DNA of 40,816 bases, taken from positions 1 to 40,816 of the forward strand of contig JANJGN010003745.1 in NCBI GenBank assembly GCA_026770705.1, read 5' to 3'. Source of the stretch: Isurus oxyrinchus. Its lineage: Eukaryota. The notes beneath the pieces were generated by a model. It was not told where the DNA came from and ran no database searches. It saw only the letters and a list, made by a program, of their open reading frames with translations. This document shows, piece by piece, positions 12,770 to 25,461 of this stretch (position 1 is its first letter; each line of letters begins with the position of its first letter). The translations under genes were made by a program, and so were the position numbers.

Positions 12770-13302
12770 CACAGAATCACAGTGCAGAAGAGGCCCTTTG
12801 GCCCATCGAGTCTGCACCGACACGTGAGAAACACCTGACTTATCTAACTGCTCCAATTTACCAGCAGTTGGCCCATCGCCTTAAATGTTACGATGTGCCA
12901 AGTGCTCATCCAGGTACTTTTTCAGGATGTGAGGCAACCCGCTTCCACCCCCCTCCCAGGCAGTGCATTCCAGACCGTCACCACCCTCTGGGCAAAAAAA
13001 GCTTTCCTCACATCCCCCTTAAACCTCCTGCCCCTCACCGTGAACTTATGCCCCCCTTATGACTGACCTTTCAGGTAAGGGGTGCTAACCCTCATAATCT
13101 TGTACACCTCGATGAGATCGCTCATCAATCTTCTCTGCTCCAACGAAAACAACCCAAATCTATCCAACCTCTCTTCATTACTTAAATGTTTCATCCCAGG
13201 CAACATTCTGGTGAATCTCCTCTGCACTCCCTCCAGTGCAATCACATCCTTCCTATAATGTGGCGACCAGAACTGCGCACAGTACTCCAGCTGTAGCCTC
13301 AA
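12770..13302 (-). mobile_element. CR1-type LINE 3' fragment
   Basis: ORF 13057-13302 RLQLEYCAQFWSPHYRKDVIALEGVQRRFTRMLPG...EERLDRFGLFSLEQRRL. Confidence 0.88.
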
Positions 13303-14225
13303 CAGAAGAACCTGTCGAGTTTATTCCAGCTTTGCATCTATTTCACGTGACATTACACAAGAACGCCGTCGCAGTTATCACTGCTGCAGAATCAGAGCTG
13401 AGTTTGTCTCTATTCGTCCCTTCAAAATTTGACCCTGGTGGGATTCAAGCCCACAAACTTTGGATGCCTTACCCATGCATAGAATAGAGTCACAACGGAT
13501 TGTCCTACGTAGCTACATTTGATTATGTAATGCTATTATATTATAGTATTTCATAATACGATGCATTATATTATAATATAATAATTTATATTACATTTGG
13601 CCATGTGTCAGATGTTGCTGCATAAATGCATACCTTTGTTTATATTGCATCAGACGCTGTCTCTGGACTTTTATTATATTGGGCCCTGGCCCTGTTTATA
13701 TTTTATTACGCCATGCCTCTGATTCTATCACATGAACGTCTGTCTAGCGTAATGAAAGTATAAGTAAAAAGATGGCGCAAACATCTCCGTGTTGCAACTG
13801 TGCACTGAAAATATCACTAAAATTTCGATACGCCCTGTGCTCGTTGCAGATATTTGGAATGCGCTATAAAATGGGCGCAAGTGAGCCTCCGCCAGAAGAA
13901 ACTGAGCTGCAGCTGTTCAACCCACTCCACCGGCAGAAATGGTTTTGTTCCTTTCTTCACTGCCAGTCTCTTCCTCAGTAACTGCACACCTTCTCACGGA
14001 AAACTTCTCGAAATTCATAACAGTAATATTGGCACTTGCGTCTTAAATCCTTTTCATCTCTTGTCTCTCGTGGTTTGCGCTGAAAAACTTCACTGAGTGA
14101 AATTCACTAGCAAATGTTACGTGTAGAATTCTGAATCATTTTAGATAAACTCCAGGGCCTGTAGTAGAGGGTGTTGGTCAGCAGGTGGCGGCAGTGATCT
14201 AACGGACATTGAAAATAAACCAATA

Positions 14226-14364
14226 ATATAAAAACAAAAAAACTGCGGATGCTGGAAATCCAAAACAAAAACAGAATTACCTGGAAAAACTCAGCAGGTC
14301 TGGCAGCATCGGCGGAGAAGAAAAGAGTTGACGTTTCGCGTCCTCATGACCCTTCGAAAGAACT
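14226..14364. mobile_element. Penelope-like element end carrying a degenerate minimal hammerhead-ribozyme fold (minus strand 14326-14364)
   Basis: aaaacaaaaaaactgcggatgctggaaatcc...ctcagcaggtctggcagcatc. Minus strand reads agtt-CTTTCGA-agggtc/atgag/gacgc-GAAA-cGTC-aact. Confidence 0.55.
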
Positions 14365-14589
14365 AGACAAACCAATTTTGTTGAGCATACAGGTGATTCT
14401 AACCAAACCAATTTTGTTGAGCATACAGGTGATTCTGTGCGCTGTCGGCGAAAGTAATAGTCTTAGTACAGAGATTGGAATTACGCAAATTATTGCTTAG
14501 ACTAGTTGTAAGCGAACATATATCGCTAGAATTTATCTGAAGGGATAAAAAGGTATTGAATTTATTTGAAACCACACTTTCAGGAGCAT

Positions 14590-15050
14590 GCAATAGTTTT
14601 GGAGCAGGCTCAGAAGATATTTATTCAAATTGAACCAGAGATGAGACACCTCGGGTATCTGAAGAAATTAGAGAAAAAGGACAAGAATCTTACAGGGGGA
14701 TTATAATAGAGTTTCTAAATTTCTGAAGGTTTGTTTTACAGAATTGTTAGTGAGATGCTAATTCCACTGGCAGAAGGATCGGCAGCCAATGTTCAGACAA
14801 TTCGTAGAGGAATAAAGGGGAAAAGGTAATTTTTTTAATGCAGCGAATTGCTGTGAGCTGGACTTTCTTTCCTTAGGGAGATGGGACCATATTCAGTTGT
14901 AACCTTCAAAAGGAAATTGTACGGATGCTTGGAAGTGGAAGACGTGCAGGAGTTTGGAAAAAGAGAAAGAGAGTACAACTAATTATAGGCACTTTTTTTC
15001 CAGAGAGCGGGCACAGTTTAGATGGGGTGAGTGTGCCCCGTCTTTCCTTT
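14590..15050 (+). mobile_element. Highly decayed CR1-type LINE 3' end
   Basis: Remnants of QRRFI.../EELEK.../GDYNRVSK-like coding followed by CR1 3' UTR-like sequence. Confidence 0.5.
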
Positions 15051-15208
15051 AGGTTTGATGAGCCCATAAATTGGAATTGGATGAATTAAGTTTAGTAATT
15101 GTATTCTTCAGGCTGCTTTATGTGATATTAGCATAGGGAAGCTTAACAGGAACTACATTAGCGAATGCAATGGTATATTTGTAAATATAAGATATTACCT
15201 CAAGCCTT

Positions 15209-15470
15209 TCAGCTAAAGTGACATTGTTTCAGTTCACCCATGCGCTCTTCGAACGTTTGCCATTGCCTATCCACCGTCATCTCTTTAAGTATCGTTTCCC
15301 AATCCATCATAGCCAACTCGCGCCTCAAACCATCGTAGTTTCCTTTATTAAGATTCAGGGCCCTAGTCTCAGAATCAACTATGTCACTCTCCATCTTGAT
15401 GAAGAATTCTATCATATTCTGGTCACTCATCCTCAAGAAGCCTCGCACAACTAGAATACCAATTATTCCT
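15209..15470 (-). mobile_element. CR1 ORF2 internal fragment (endonuclease-RT linker)
   Basis: SDQNMIEFFIKME...LNLNKGNYDGLRRELAMMDWETILKEMTVDRQWQTF is typical of CR1 (SDH..I.F...L...K..Y..LR..L...DW). Confidence 0.8.
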
Positions 15471-16489
15471 TTCTGATTGTTCTGATTTGAGTGTCATTAC
15501 ATTGTGGATTCCACCTCAACTTCAGAACCTGAGCATAAATATCAGAATTCTAATCGGGCTATTGAAAAGATGCTATCTTTTTGGGGAGATCATGAACCTT
15601 GGCTGTTCTGGGAGGAATTAAAGTTCTCATGGTCCTACACTATATATTGGTCAATATCCCTCTCTTGACCTTAAATAACCAAAGAAAGATTGCTGGGGTC
15701 CAAACCACTTTCCTCTGCCGTTGATGTTTCTGTGCGTAAATCAAACAAGCTCATCTTCAATTAGTGCACATAAAACCCATTTTACCTCCTGCTGAACGTG
15801 ATGAGGTGGTCATCAGTGTCTGTTGACCTGCTAGTACGAGAATCAGTAACTTGCACCCACCATTTTTACATTAACTACAATGTCAAACTTTCAAGCAGTG
15901 CTGAAAATAAAAATGTGCAATAGAAATAAAGAGGCAGTGTTGTAGTGGCGCTTTGGAAATCTGTAGACACGTAGTGGTAGCTGAACGGAGATTCTGCTCA
16001 TAGTGCACAAGGACCTATCTCTGTCATTACTGTACAAGAACATGTCATTGTCTTTAGTCCACTCGAACTTATCTCAGTTGCATTATACCAAATCATATTT
16101 TTGTTTATATTACACTAGACACTGGAACACGAATGAATGCACTAGACCACGTCTCTCTATTTATGTAAAAATAAGGAGACAGTTCAACATAAAAATATAC
16201 GATCTAGGAATATATTAGGCAATCGACCATTCGAGTCTTCACCACCAAGCAGTGAATTCATGGTTCATATTCTATCTCAATTCCATGTTACAGGAATATC
16301 CCCATATTCCTTAATTCTTTTTGTCACCAGAAGCCCCACAGCTCAATGGGTACAGAACCATCAGTACCAAATTGTCGACCCCGTATGCTGAGACTGTGAG
16401 CCTTGGTACTAGATTCCACGGTGAAGCTGAAGTCCTTGCAGCCCCTTAAGAATTATATATGAGATCCTCTCTCGTTATTATCAGAGGGG

Positions 16490-17620
16490 AGTTGAAAATG
16501 ACTGCCCTTGACATCAAGGCAGCATTTGACTGACTGTGGCGTCAAGGAGCCCTGGCAAAAGTGGAGTCAATGTGCATCTGGGGGAAAGATCTCCGGTGGT
16601 TATAGTCATACACAGCACAAAAGAAGATCGTTGTGGCTGTTAAAAGTCAATCACCTCAGTTCTAGGACATCACTGCAGGAGTTCCTCAGGGTAGTGCCCT
16701 TAGCCCCACCGTCTTCAGCTGCTTCATCAATGACCTTCCTTAGATCAGAAGGTTAGAAGTGACGAGGTCCACAGATGATTGCACAATGTTCAGCACCATT
16801 CACGACTCCTCAGGTACTGAAGCAGTCCATGTCCAAATGCAGCAAGACCGAGCCAATGTCCAGACTTGGGCTGATAAGTGGCAAGTAATATTCACACCAT
16901 ACAGGTACCAGACAATGACCATCTCCAACAAGAGAGAATTTGACCATCGCCCCTTGACGTGCAATGGCATTGCCATCTCTGAATCCCCCTATATCAACAT
17001 CCTGGGTGTTATCATTGACCAGAAACTGAACTGAACTAGGCGCATGAAAGTATGCCTACAAGACCAGGCCAGAAGCTAGGAATCGTGCTTCGAGTAACTC
17101 ACCTCCTGACTCACTAAAGCCTGGTCACTATCTAGAAGGCACAAGTCACGGGTGTGGTGGAATAATGTCCACTTGTCTGGATGAGCGCAACACTCAAGGA
17201 GCTTGACACAGCCCATGATGAAACGCCCCACTTATTTGGCACCCCATCCACAAACATTCACTCCCTTCACCACCGACACACATAGCAGCAGTGTGTACCA
17301 TCTACAAACTGCACTGCAGGAATTCACCAAGGCTCCTTAGACAGCGCCTTCCAAACTCAGGACCACGACTAGCAGACACATGGGATTACCAACATCAGGA
17401 ATCAGCCCTCCAAGCCACCCAACATCCTGACTTGGGAAAATATCACCGCTCTTTCACTGTCGCTGGGTCAAAATCCTGGAATCCCATCTGTAATTGGACT
17501 TTGGGTGTATCTGCAGCACCGGAACTGCAGCGATTCAAGAAGGCTGCTCACCAACCCCTTCTCAAGGGCAATTAGGGATGGGCAAAAAATGCTGGCCCAG
17601 GCAGCGGAGCCCACATCCCT
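16490..17620 (+). mobile_element. CR1/L2-clade LINE, RT C-terminal half plus 3' UTR, frameshifted
   Basis: ALDIKAAFD-like start, GVPQGSALSP, STDDCTMF (YADD-like), WADKWQV.F, ILGVIIDQKLN. Confidence 0.85.
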
Positions 17621-18199
17621 TAAAAAAAGAATTAAAAAAACTTCAGTGGACCGTGTGCAAAGCCGAGTTAACCTCTTCTCGTGGGACAAGCACCTCATCC
17701 CAGGAATTAATGTGGTCAACCTTTGTTTTATCCTCTCTAAGGCAAATACATCCTTCCTTAGGTTTCAAAACCAAAACTGTGTACAGTACCCTCGGAAATC
17801 TCACTGGGATATATACAATTAATTATACAATTGCTGTAAGGCTTCTAAACTCTTTTACTCTAATCCGTTTCTAAAATGGCTAACATACCATTTGATTTCC
17901 TAACTGCAGACTGTGCCAGAATTTTAACTTTCCGTGATCTATAAGTAATATCCTGTCCCCACCCACCACCCCCCCGCTCCCACCACCACCAGTCCTCCAT
18001 CCATCCAACACCATCACCAAGTGCAGGATTTCACGCTTAGTCCGTCTTCTATGCTGCTTCCACACATTTAACCGGTTTGTATTCCTTTACAGAATCTTAG
18101 TGTCCTCCTGAGAGCTTTTCCATCAACGTTTTGGCATTGGCGAACTGGGGACATTGCATTCAGCATCCACCTGGTGGCAGTAGGACCATACCTTCCTTT

Positions 18200-19980
18200 C
18201 GATTACAGCAGGCTTTGTTAAAAAATGCTTTAGACGATGCCACTGGTTTTAAATGGTGTCCTCTCTCAGTTTTTAATGCACTAGACCATGCCGCTGATAA
18301 TTTTAAACCAGATCACGTTTCTGTTTATATTGGACTAAGTGGCATTTTATTGCAGCATGAGATTCGTCCCTTGCTTATTTCACACTAGGTCCTATTTTAT
18401 TTAATACTGCACCAGACTATAGTTCTGTTAACTTTCATCCTATCTTTGTTTGTTGTAAAATGCGAAATGTCCCTTTGCAGATTATTCCAGGCCTTATCTC
18501 AGTTTTCATTACACTAGATCTCTGTTTGTCCATATTACCCCGGACATTTATCTGATTTCATATCACACTAGATCATGTTTCTGACTCAATATCCCAGAAC
18601 ACCATGCCATTGTTCTATCTCCTACAGATTCGGTCTCAGTGCAATTCCGTAGTTCCTGCACGAGATCACATATTATTCTATTTTGTACTGGACTCGTCTC
18701 TTGCGTCTTTGCACCCGTGTCGATCTCAGCTCCTTCTACTCTTTAACATGTGTTAGGCCATCTCTTAATTGTTACTCCATTCGACCATGTGTCTGTTTGC
18801 TTTCGGACGGAACCGGCGTCAGTTTATCATTGCCGTCCAACACATCCCTTCTGACATTACAGTCGGCCAGGTCTTAGATATTAATGAATTAAATTATGCT
18901 TCAGCTATATTACACTGGGGGATGATTCAGTTAATCGTGCAGTCGGCCATGTTTCAGTTTATATGCCAGGAGACCCTGTTCCTGTTTATATTACACAAGA
19001 ACATGACACTTCCTTTGTTGCTCTGGGCGCTGTATTCGTCATAACTGGACTGGATAAAGTTACTGTTTACAATAATTGAGGGCCTGCCCAGATACTGCAA
19101 CTCTAGACTCTGCCTTTGTTCATATTACACAAGCTCCCAGCCATGTTTATATTGCAGTAGATGCTGTTCTACATATTACATTACACTGTTCAACTGTTTA
19201 AGTTACACTAATTCTATCTCAGTTATTGGTGTACGAATATTATCTCTGTTCATATTACACAAAACTCTGCCACAGATATTAATGCACAGGAATGTGTGTT
19301 TCAACTTATTAAAAACTCGGCCTTGCCTCTGTTTTTGCGACAGTAGATCATGTCGCCATTTGTATTATGCTGGACTGTGTGCAAGCAATTATTGCATTAG
19401 ATGACCTTTCTTTGTTAGCACTGTACTATGTAACTCTTTATCTTATGCGTAGCGCTTTCTCTATGCTCTGCTTCAAATCACGTGGTTGCTTATATTACGC
19501 AAGACCCTATCTCTGGTTTCATCGCACAAGTCAATGTCATTGCTTATTTTAAAATAGACGTTTATCCTTTTAGTTTACCATCGGCTTGCGTCAGTTATTA
19601 CCGCAGTAGCCCATTTCTATCTTTATTTTACACTAGACCTTGTATCAGAGGAAGGAATCACTGCACTGAAGAAATTGTTTCTTTATGTTAGACCACGATC
19701 CGTCAGTGTTTAAACTTCACCACTGGTTGTGCAGTTATATCAGCACTAAATCTTGTCTTCGTTTGAATTACACTAGATGCTTGTTTCAGTTTTTACTTCG
19801 GTATGCCATGCTTACCTCGCAAAGCACTGAGTTAGCACTTACTTAGAATATGTCTCTGGTTAAAATATCTGAAACATTGCTTTCATTTATATTGCACAAG
19901 GCCTGCCTCAGTTATTGCATTACGAAACCAAACATTTTTTTATAATACTCCAGATTATGTGTCTATTTATATTACAGTGG
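18200..19980. repeat. Highly degenerate ~27-bp tandem array related to the 455-4455 satellite
   Basis: Recurrent ...tatattacactagacc.tgtctctgtt... motifs. Similar patches at ~13520-13740 and ~16000-16170. Confidence 0.55.
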
Positions 19981-20236
19981 GTTTTGTGGCACCTAGTACT
20001 CCACAAGAGTGACGTAACCATGCACACAAGTGATCTTTGCTAGCCCAACCAGACTGCCGCTAACTGTGTTTATTTCTTGCTCATGTCTATCACCTGGTCA
20101 TTTCTGCTGTTCGTAACAGAGCAACTTTCGGGATATCATTGCGGTGATAATGAGCCAAGGAAACAAACCTTGATTAAGCACGTGCCCGGTAAGACTTTAA
20201 CATTATAGTCAGGAATATTTTGCCAGGACTTTAGAG

Positions 20237-20772
20237 ATGACGGCTGTTGAGCTGTTCCTGATCTCCTTTGCAATAGGTATACTGGGACATGTGAGCCCTG
20301 TGTTGATATGACTTATCATTCTACCCCTTGTAATCTGTAAATGTTAAAATGTCTTTCTTTCTCTAGTGTGAATTATCCAAATGTCCCTTATAATAGTTAT
20401 ACCGTAATTGTGGACTGGAATGTTCGTAACCAGTAAGTGTGTTAACTGAAGTTTCTATATTATTTTACAGATAAAACCCAAGGGAGTTCGGTAATGCAGA
20501 ATCAATATGAGTTGAAGGTACATGAGGGAGATAATCCGTTTTTGAACTGTAAATACAACTCCAGTTCTCATGATCCGGGTTGCTGCTGGTACCGGCTGTG
20601 CCCGAACCAGGCATCCCAGTCTCTGTTGTACTATGATAAAACCAGGCGCAGGGATGCGAGTTTGGAACGGAAAATTCGATGCTTGTGATTTCCGTCAATA
20701 TCAAGTTTTTCCTTTGTCAATTTCTGCAGCAGAGCCTAAAGACAGCGCCATCTATTTCTGCGGATTGAAGGT
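20237..20772 (+). pseudogene. TCR alpha/delta V pseudogene (leader 20237-20276, V exon 20471-20772)
   Basis: Leader MTAVELFLISFAI G|gt. V reads DKTQGSSVMQNQ...LNCKYN...WYR..., a frameshift near 20665, then GKFDACD..FPLSISAAEPKDSAIYFCGLK. CRE-like AGTGACGTAA at 20008-20017. Confidence 0.9.
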
Positions 20773-20810
20773 CACAGTGTTTCAAAGCCGCTCTACTCCG
20801 TATAAATCAT
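20773..20810 (+). other. RSS with perfect heptamer and degenerate nonamer (22/23 spacer)
   Basis: CACAGTG + 22 nt + ATAAATCAT. Confidence 0.6.
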
Positions 20811-20989
20811 CGTTATACCAGAGAAAAGCTGGAGAGATAAGCAAAGGCATCTGACACGGAGCAACTCTTCAAAAATAAAATCTGTCATTAAGAAAATGAT
20901 GAAAAACACATTTTTCATGTTCTAACACAATGGTGTCAAGGATTACGGATATCATTTAGCTCGAGTGAATCGAGAAACCTTTTCTTTCC

Positions 20990-21410
20990 CTTGCAACAGA
21001 GAAAGTAAGGGGAATTTTAATTGAGGTGACCAAATTTATGAAAATTTCCTTAGAAAGTACATGAGGAGAAACCTTTTCTTCTGGCAGGAGGGTCGATAAA
21101 CAGATGGTATCGATTCAAGTTAATCATTCCGGGGCGGGCGGGGACGAGGGGTGGGGGGGTGGGGGGGGGTGGGGTGGGGGCGGGGTGGCGGGATTAATGA
21201 TTTGTTTCAAGGCGAGTTATTGTGATCTTGAAAGCCTTCCTGAAAGAATGATGGTAGCAGATACAATATTAAGCAATTGGATAAATGTTTCAAAATGAAA
21301 CATGCAGGTCTACAGAAAAAGAAAATAGCCTCGCGTTTATTGGATAACTCCTGCAGGCTTCAAGCACATTTACGCTTAACCAAATGACCTCTTTATGTGC
21401 TGTGTTATCA
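20990..21410 (+). mobile_element. Decayed CR1 3' end with an internal G-rich tract (21130-21192)
   Basis: RKVRGILIEVTKFMK-like remnant followed by CR1 3' UTR-like sequence. Confidence 0.5.
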
Positions 21411-22164
21411 ATTAATCCTACAAACCACAGTCAATTCTCACTCCGGTGTAAGCTGTACAGTGGAGCACTTTCACCATACACACACTGGTGGTTGGAGGAG
21501 AAGGCTCATCATAAGATCCTTATGTGAAGCAAGGGATGGGCAATAAATGCCGATCTTGCCACCATCGCCCATAACTGGGCAATGGCTAGAACAACACTGG
21601 GAAAAGCAGCTGCTCCCTTATGGCAATCATCGTGTGATTTCTTCCTCAGTGTTTCTTATTCACCCTTCCCTTCCTTATTTGTGTCTCTTCCGTCTTTTTC
21701 AGTCCTGTTATTCTCTCTCCGAGTTTCTCTGGTTCGCTATTTTCCTCCTGCAACATGAAGAATGTACAGTTGTTCTTTAAATGACCTCATTATTTTCTCT
21801 CCTGACCAAGAGGTCTGAGGAGGGGAGGGAGGGGCGAATTGCCAAACACAAACTCCATCCCGAATAGTTCCCCCCAGCCTCCAAACATTGTCCCCTCCTC
21901 CTTCCATCTACTGAGTGATGCCATTAGACGGCGTAGGAGGAAGTAGAGGAACTATATTTGGCCAGTCAGCACTCGTGTCAAAATGTGGTGACCGAGTTAA
22001 CTCATTCGCTACTTCTTATTGGAAAAGAATTACAGAAGAATTACAAAAGCCCCCGCCCCTTACTCCCCTTCCGTTAAAGCTCTCTGGAGAACTGTTTCTT
22101 AATGTAACAGATTGCAACAGTAAATATATCTGCTTTTCGAAGAGATTGTTGCTCAGGATATAAT

Positions 22165-22595
22165 ATGGCTTATGCCACATCGTCATCTGATTTTTTTGTG
22201 GCTGATGTTCAGTAGGTGCAGCCAGATCATTTTATCCGTTTGCAGTTATGTGATGTTAATAGACTTTTAAACTCAGTATTGCATTCGTTTTTCGTTACGT
22301 TTTATTTCAGGTTTGATTCAGGCAGATTCTATGTCCCAACCTCAGACCTCACTGCATGTTACTGAAGGAGACAGCAAGAAAATAGACTGTAGCTACACAA
22401 CAAATCATAGTAATCCCGGCCTATACTGGCACAGACAGCACACGAATCAGGTTCCGTGTTTTATTTTGTATCGAGATAGAAGCAGTAAAAGAGATGCAGA
22501 TTTTACCAAAGGGAAATCCGAGGCGGGTCAGACTAACGAAGGAAAGAAGTTTCCTCTAACGATCACTTGAGTGGAAATCCAGGACACCGCCGCAA
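22165..22595 (+). pseudogene. TCR alpha/delta V pseudogene (leader remnant from 22165, V exon 22311-22595)
   Basis: IQADSMSQPQTSLHVTEGDSKKIDCSYTT..LYWHRQ...FPLTIT*VEIQDTAA. In-frame stop, and the second-cysteine region is deleted. Confidence 0.9.
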
Positions 22596-22634
22596 CACAC
22601 TGGTTTAAAACTCATCTGTCGCTGTAAAAAAACC
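22596..22634 (+). other. 23-bp-spacer RSS
   Basis: CACACTG + gtttaaaactcatctgtcgctgt (23) + AAAAAAACC. The spacer is nearly identical to that of the RSS at 10667-10705. Confidence 0.85.
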
Positions 22635-22689
22635 CGCAGTGATGTAGAACTACCAGCTCAAAGAAACCCACCCTTTGTGGGTAAGTGCT

Positions 22690-23090
22690 ATCCGCGGCTC
22701 AGTTTAACTGTTCCATCTCACAACTCTGCTTCTCTATCAGAAATGTGTTCAGGCCCCACTCTAGAGGCGTGAGCACATAACTCAGGCTGACACTTCTCCT
22801 GCCAGTATGAAGGGAGTGCTGCAATGTCCGTGGTGGCATTTTTCGGATGAGCTATTAAATGGAAATTCTGCCTCTCACGCACTCCCGCCCTCCTCCCCGA
22901 GGAGGACCTTAAACACCCCACCACTTATTGCACAAAAGAGCTGGTCAAATCTCCCGTGCATTTAAACCTCAAACGATATCAGTGAAACAAATGATCACAC
23001 TGCTCTTTGTGGGAGCTTGCTATGCATAATTTGACCATTTCCTACATTACCATAGTGACTGCAATTCCAATTTACTTAATTCCTACTACG
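22690..23090 (+). mobile_element. tRNA-derived SINE with Deu-type central domain (SacSINE1/AmnSINE-like)
   Basis: ggctcagt...gttcaggccccactc head, gggagtgctgca.tgtc..ggtggcatttttcggatgag core, tgtgggagcttgctatg...tttcctacattac tail. Confidence 0.65.
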
Positions 23091-24289
23091 GAGCAGTCTG
23101 GATGGACTGGGCCGTCCTTTGATTTCTGTAATTGTTGATGGAAATAGTAAATTAATTATAGCAACTTGTGGGCCTGTCCACATCTTTTTCTGTTTTTCAC
23201 CCAACACTGGTACAAATGGTGTATGTAACTCGACTTGGCCTCAGGACTGGCCTTTGCGGCGCTGCGTAAGCAAATGGGATATTCTGTGCACCAATCCATG
23301 AACAGTTATTGAGCGCAGCCCCTCAAAAGGCTCTCTACTCCCACACTAAGAATATTGGACTGGATCTAAAACAGCTCGCCTTCACTTTTCTGATAATTTG
23401 ACTTATTAATCTGCTCTCCTCCATCTTCCCTTTATCTATATCTGAGACAACAGGGTTTTGATGACCTAGTTTATTTTTTGAGCTGAAAAACAAAAACCGC
23501 AGGATGGCAGTTATACCAGTCAGAAAAAAAAAATCCACAGTGAAATATATGCATTCCAGCGAATTCTTCTGGCGGTTTGTAAACTTGAGCAAATGTTTCT
23601 ACCAAGAGATTGTTAGGAAATAGGGAACATGGCAGCATTAATCTCAATATTTTCAGTTATTATCATTTTTCAAACCATATGTGTGCTAGCTCCATGTGAG
23701 AGTTGGAGAAGTTTTGTAAAGCGGGGAGAACAGAATAAAATAGGTCAATATTCCTGGAAATATTGCATCACATCATAATGTAGTCACAATGTAATACAAG
23801 TCAACATCTGAAAGTGAGCAACATCAGCAAGTCCACGCGTTCCTAAGTTATCTGAGCGACAAAGAGTTCTTAGACTTCTCTAATTGATCTCTGCTTTATT
23901 AAATTGTTTTCATTATTTTTCATCACCATTGTTGGACCATGGCACTGTAGTGAAGTTCACGGCAATGCGAGTACATAATTGCCACTTTATCTTAGCAGTT
24001 ACGCAAGACGGTGGGGTAGCGGCAATGTCACTGGTCCCTGTAAGGCCTTAGGTCACTTAGGAACGCGTTGACCTGCCGGTGTCTGTCACTTACAGATGTT
24101 GACTGCGTTGTATTACATCGTGATTACTTTATGATGTGGTGCAATATTTCCAGGATTGTTATCCTCCTGATTCTATTCTGTTCTCCCCGCTTTACAAAAC
24201 TTCTCCAACTCTCAGGCGGTGCTGATGTGGAGACTGGGTTCAATCTCACCACCCCCCCCCCACCCCCACCCCGGCCCCCCACAGCAACT

Positions 24290-24510
24290 AGTGGAATTGA
24301 ATCTGTTCAATTAATTAATAAAACCAATCTCGAATTGAAAACAGCTTAGTCCCAATGGCGATCATCTATTGTCATAAAAAATCTGATTCTCTAATGTCCT
24401 TTCGAGAAGGGAACCTGCAGTCCTTACGTGGTCTGGCCTGCATGTGACTCCACAGCCCCAGCCATGTAGTTGAGCCTTAAGTGCCCTCTAGAATGGCCTA
24501 GCAAGGTAAT
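24290..24510 (+). mobile_element. SINE fragment (common chondrichthyan family)
   Basis: ctaatgtcctt..gagaagggaacctgcagtccttacgtggtctggcctgcatgtgactcca, recognised as a frequent shark repeat (from memory). Confidence 0.5.
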
Positions 24511-25461
24511 TCGTGTTGGGAAGCAACTTCTGGCTGTATTCATATATTCCCTGATATATTTGGTCTCTTTGCTGCCCTCTTAATGCAGCATTTAAAAGTG
24601 TCATGTGATTAAATCAAATCTCGGTGGCACTTCTACTAAATCATCAGTCACTCTTATCTCCCATGTTGATTACAAATTCCCCACTGCACAGGATGTTGCT
24701 TCCATTTAGTGGACATTTTCTCTTCATTGACACATCGGAATTAGTGCCAAATATGAATCATCAAAAATTACAGTTGCTGAGATATGGTGTTAATCTCTAC
24801 TTGGACAAAACATATCCATGGAATCGAATGAAGTTAGACAGAGAGAAACAGACAAAGTAAACCGATTGATAAATTTCACAAGATGTGTATAATTTGTTAT
24901 AATACTTCTGAGCAAAGTAAGGAGCTAAAACTGCAATAGAATGGAACATAGCAGACAACATAGTGAAAGAAATCAAGTTATTTTCAAAATCATCTTATTT
25001 TCAATTTCCAAGCTATCTGACGCAATGATGTTTAAACCTAACTGAAAGTGAAACATACTAGATGAAACGAAGTTATGCACGGTAACATTGAACGTAATAC
25101 AGTCGGTGCAAACACGAGCAGAAAACTTTCCGTTAGGATTCAGTTAGCAGTTGGTTTTCAAATGCCAGGGCGCATAAAAGATCAAAAGCTAAAAAGTTCG
25201 ACAGGAAAATAATCCCGAGGAACTTCTTTGATTGAACCGAAAAGGATTATTTCAGTAAAAAAGCAATTTCTTAAAAAAGATCTTGTGTTTCTGAATGTCC
25301 GGCCAAACAGGTCTGGAAAAAAAAGACAGTCTGTTTAACTACAAAACCAACTCATTTTAGAACAATAATATAATTTTTAAAGTTACATATGAAAAGTTAA
25401 TGCTCCCGATCTCTCTCTCGTCCTCTCTCTGCGCGTCCTTTCTCTATTTCATTCCCTCTCG

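Noticed and set aside
21130-21192. G-rich tract with G-quadruplex potential (also C-runs at ~17960 and ~24250)
   Set aside because: Simple repeat inside decayed mobile-element sequence, with no evidence of function.
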